From NCBI GenBank assembly GCA_000091205.1, contig AP006497.2: a DNA stretch of 64,000 nt. One strand, 5' to 3'. Origin of the DNA: Cyanidioschyzon merolae. Lineage: Eukaryota. Position 1 is the first letter of the stretch. Each line of letters opens with the position of its first letter. A model generated the notes under the pieces. The model searched no databases, was not told the origin of the DNA, and worked only from the letters and a program-made list of their open reading frames with translations. Shown here one piece after another: positions 63,985 to 64,000 of this stretch. A program made the position numbers and the translations under genes.

Positions 63985-64000
63985 ATGGGGGAATGGGGGG
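63985..64000 (+). repeat. Telomere-like terminal repeat (T)ATGGGGG-AATGGGGGG at the window end
   Basis: The last 16 nt 'atgggggaatgggggg' equal about 1.8 copies of AATGGGGGG, the telomeric unit I recall for Cyanidioschyzon merolae. The window is truncated here, so the extent is unknown. Confidence 0.45.

Noticed and set aside
1-64000. Prokaryote-style defence island, operon or novel immune system
   Set aside because: Genes are on alternating strands with kb-scale spacers. They encode eukaryotic-specific proteins (Sec7 ARF-GEF, MYSM1-like, Josephin, Ski2-like helicase, FA2H–cyt b5) with transit-peptide-like N-termini. I see no co-oriented tight cluster of unknown genes that could form an operon-like system.
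1-64000. tRNA/rRNA/snRNA genes
   Set aside because: A manual scan for T-arm consensus (GGTTCGAAT/GTTCGAGTC-type) and clover-leaf pairings found nothing convincing. The closest is 43273 'gcagcttcgaatcctgtg', which lacks a complementary stem. I cannot exclude tRNAs, especially intron-containing or circularly permuted ones known in Cyanidioschyzon, without tRNAscan-SE or Infernal.

Overview
This window reads as eukaryotic nuclear DNA, not prokaryotic. It has about 55-60% GC in coding parts and 45-50% GC in several intergenic blocks. Genes sit on both strands, separated by 0.6-3 kb spacers. Every recognisable gene is one uninterrupted ORF, up to 6.3 kb, so the genome is intron-poor and compact. 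I can support 13 protein-coding genes from conserved motifs: a SelO/YdiU protein adenylyltransferase, cut off at the 5' window edge; an S41 C-terminal processing peptidase (CtpA-like) with a plastid/thylakoid-lumen-type presequence; a thiamine-diphosphate (ALS/ILVB-like) enzyme fused to a canonical EF-hand and a about 400-aa uncharacterised C-terminal domain; an ALDH3-type aldehyde dehydrogenase; a cytochrome-b5-fused fatty-acid 2-hydroxylase; a SANT + JAMM/MPN (MYSM1-like) deubiquitinase; an animal-type cryptochrome/(6-4) photolyase; a Josephin-domain deubiquitinase; two lineage-specific hypothetical proteins, one TPR-like with a poly-Q tract and one WD-like; an ISE2/Ski2-family DExH helicase with a DSHCT domain; a 2103-aa Sec7 (BIG/GBF-type) ARF-GEF; and a small polytopic polyprenol-kinase-family (VTE5/dolichol-kinase-like) protein. 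The non-coding DNA holds four minisatellites with 77-93 bp units, several pure microsatellites, and a (GC)10 tract. The microsatellites include (CAG)22, (CTG)8 coding poly-Q, (TCG)9 coding poly-Ser, an ACN run coding Thr12, (CA)n and (AAC)7. The last 16 nt (…TATGGGGGAATGGGGGG) match the unusual AATGGGGGG telomere unit reported for the red alga Cyanidioschyzon merolae. Together with the plastid-type proteins (lumenal CtpA, ISE2, VTE5-like) and the intron-less compact gene structure, I infer that the window is the subtelomeric end of a Cyanidiales-like red-algal chromosome. This is an inference, not a database result. The terminal about 8 kb is lower in GC and gene-poor. It contains a frameshifted ORF triplet and a short ORF with a degenerate TnpB/Fanzor-like C-terminal signature. 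I see no operon-like defence island, no CRISPR array and no rRNA. I could not convincingly identify tRNA genes by eye. The most unusual protein-level item is the TPP-enzyme–EF-hand–unknown-domain fusion.
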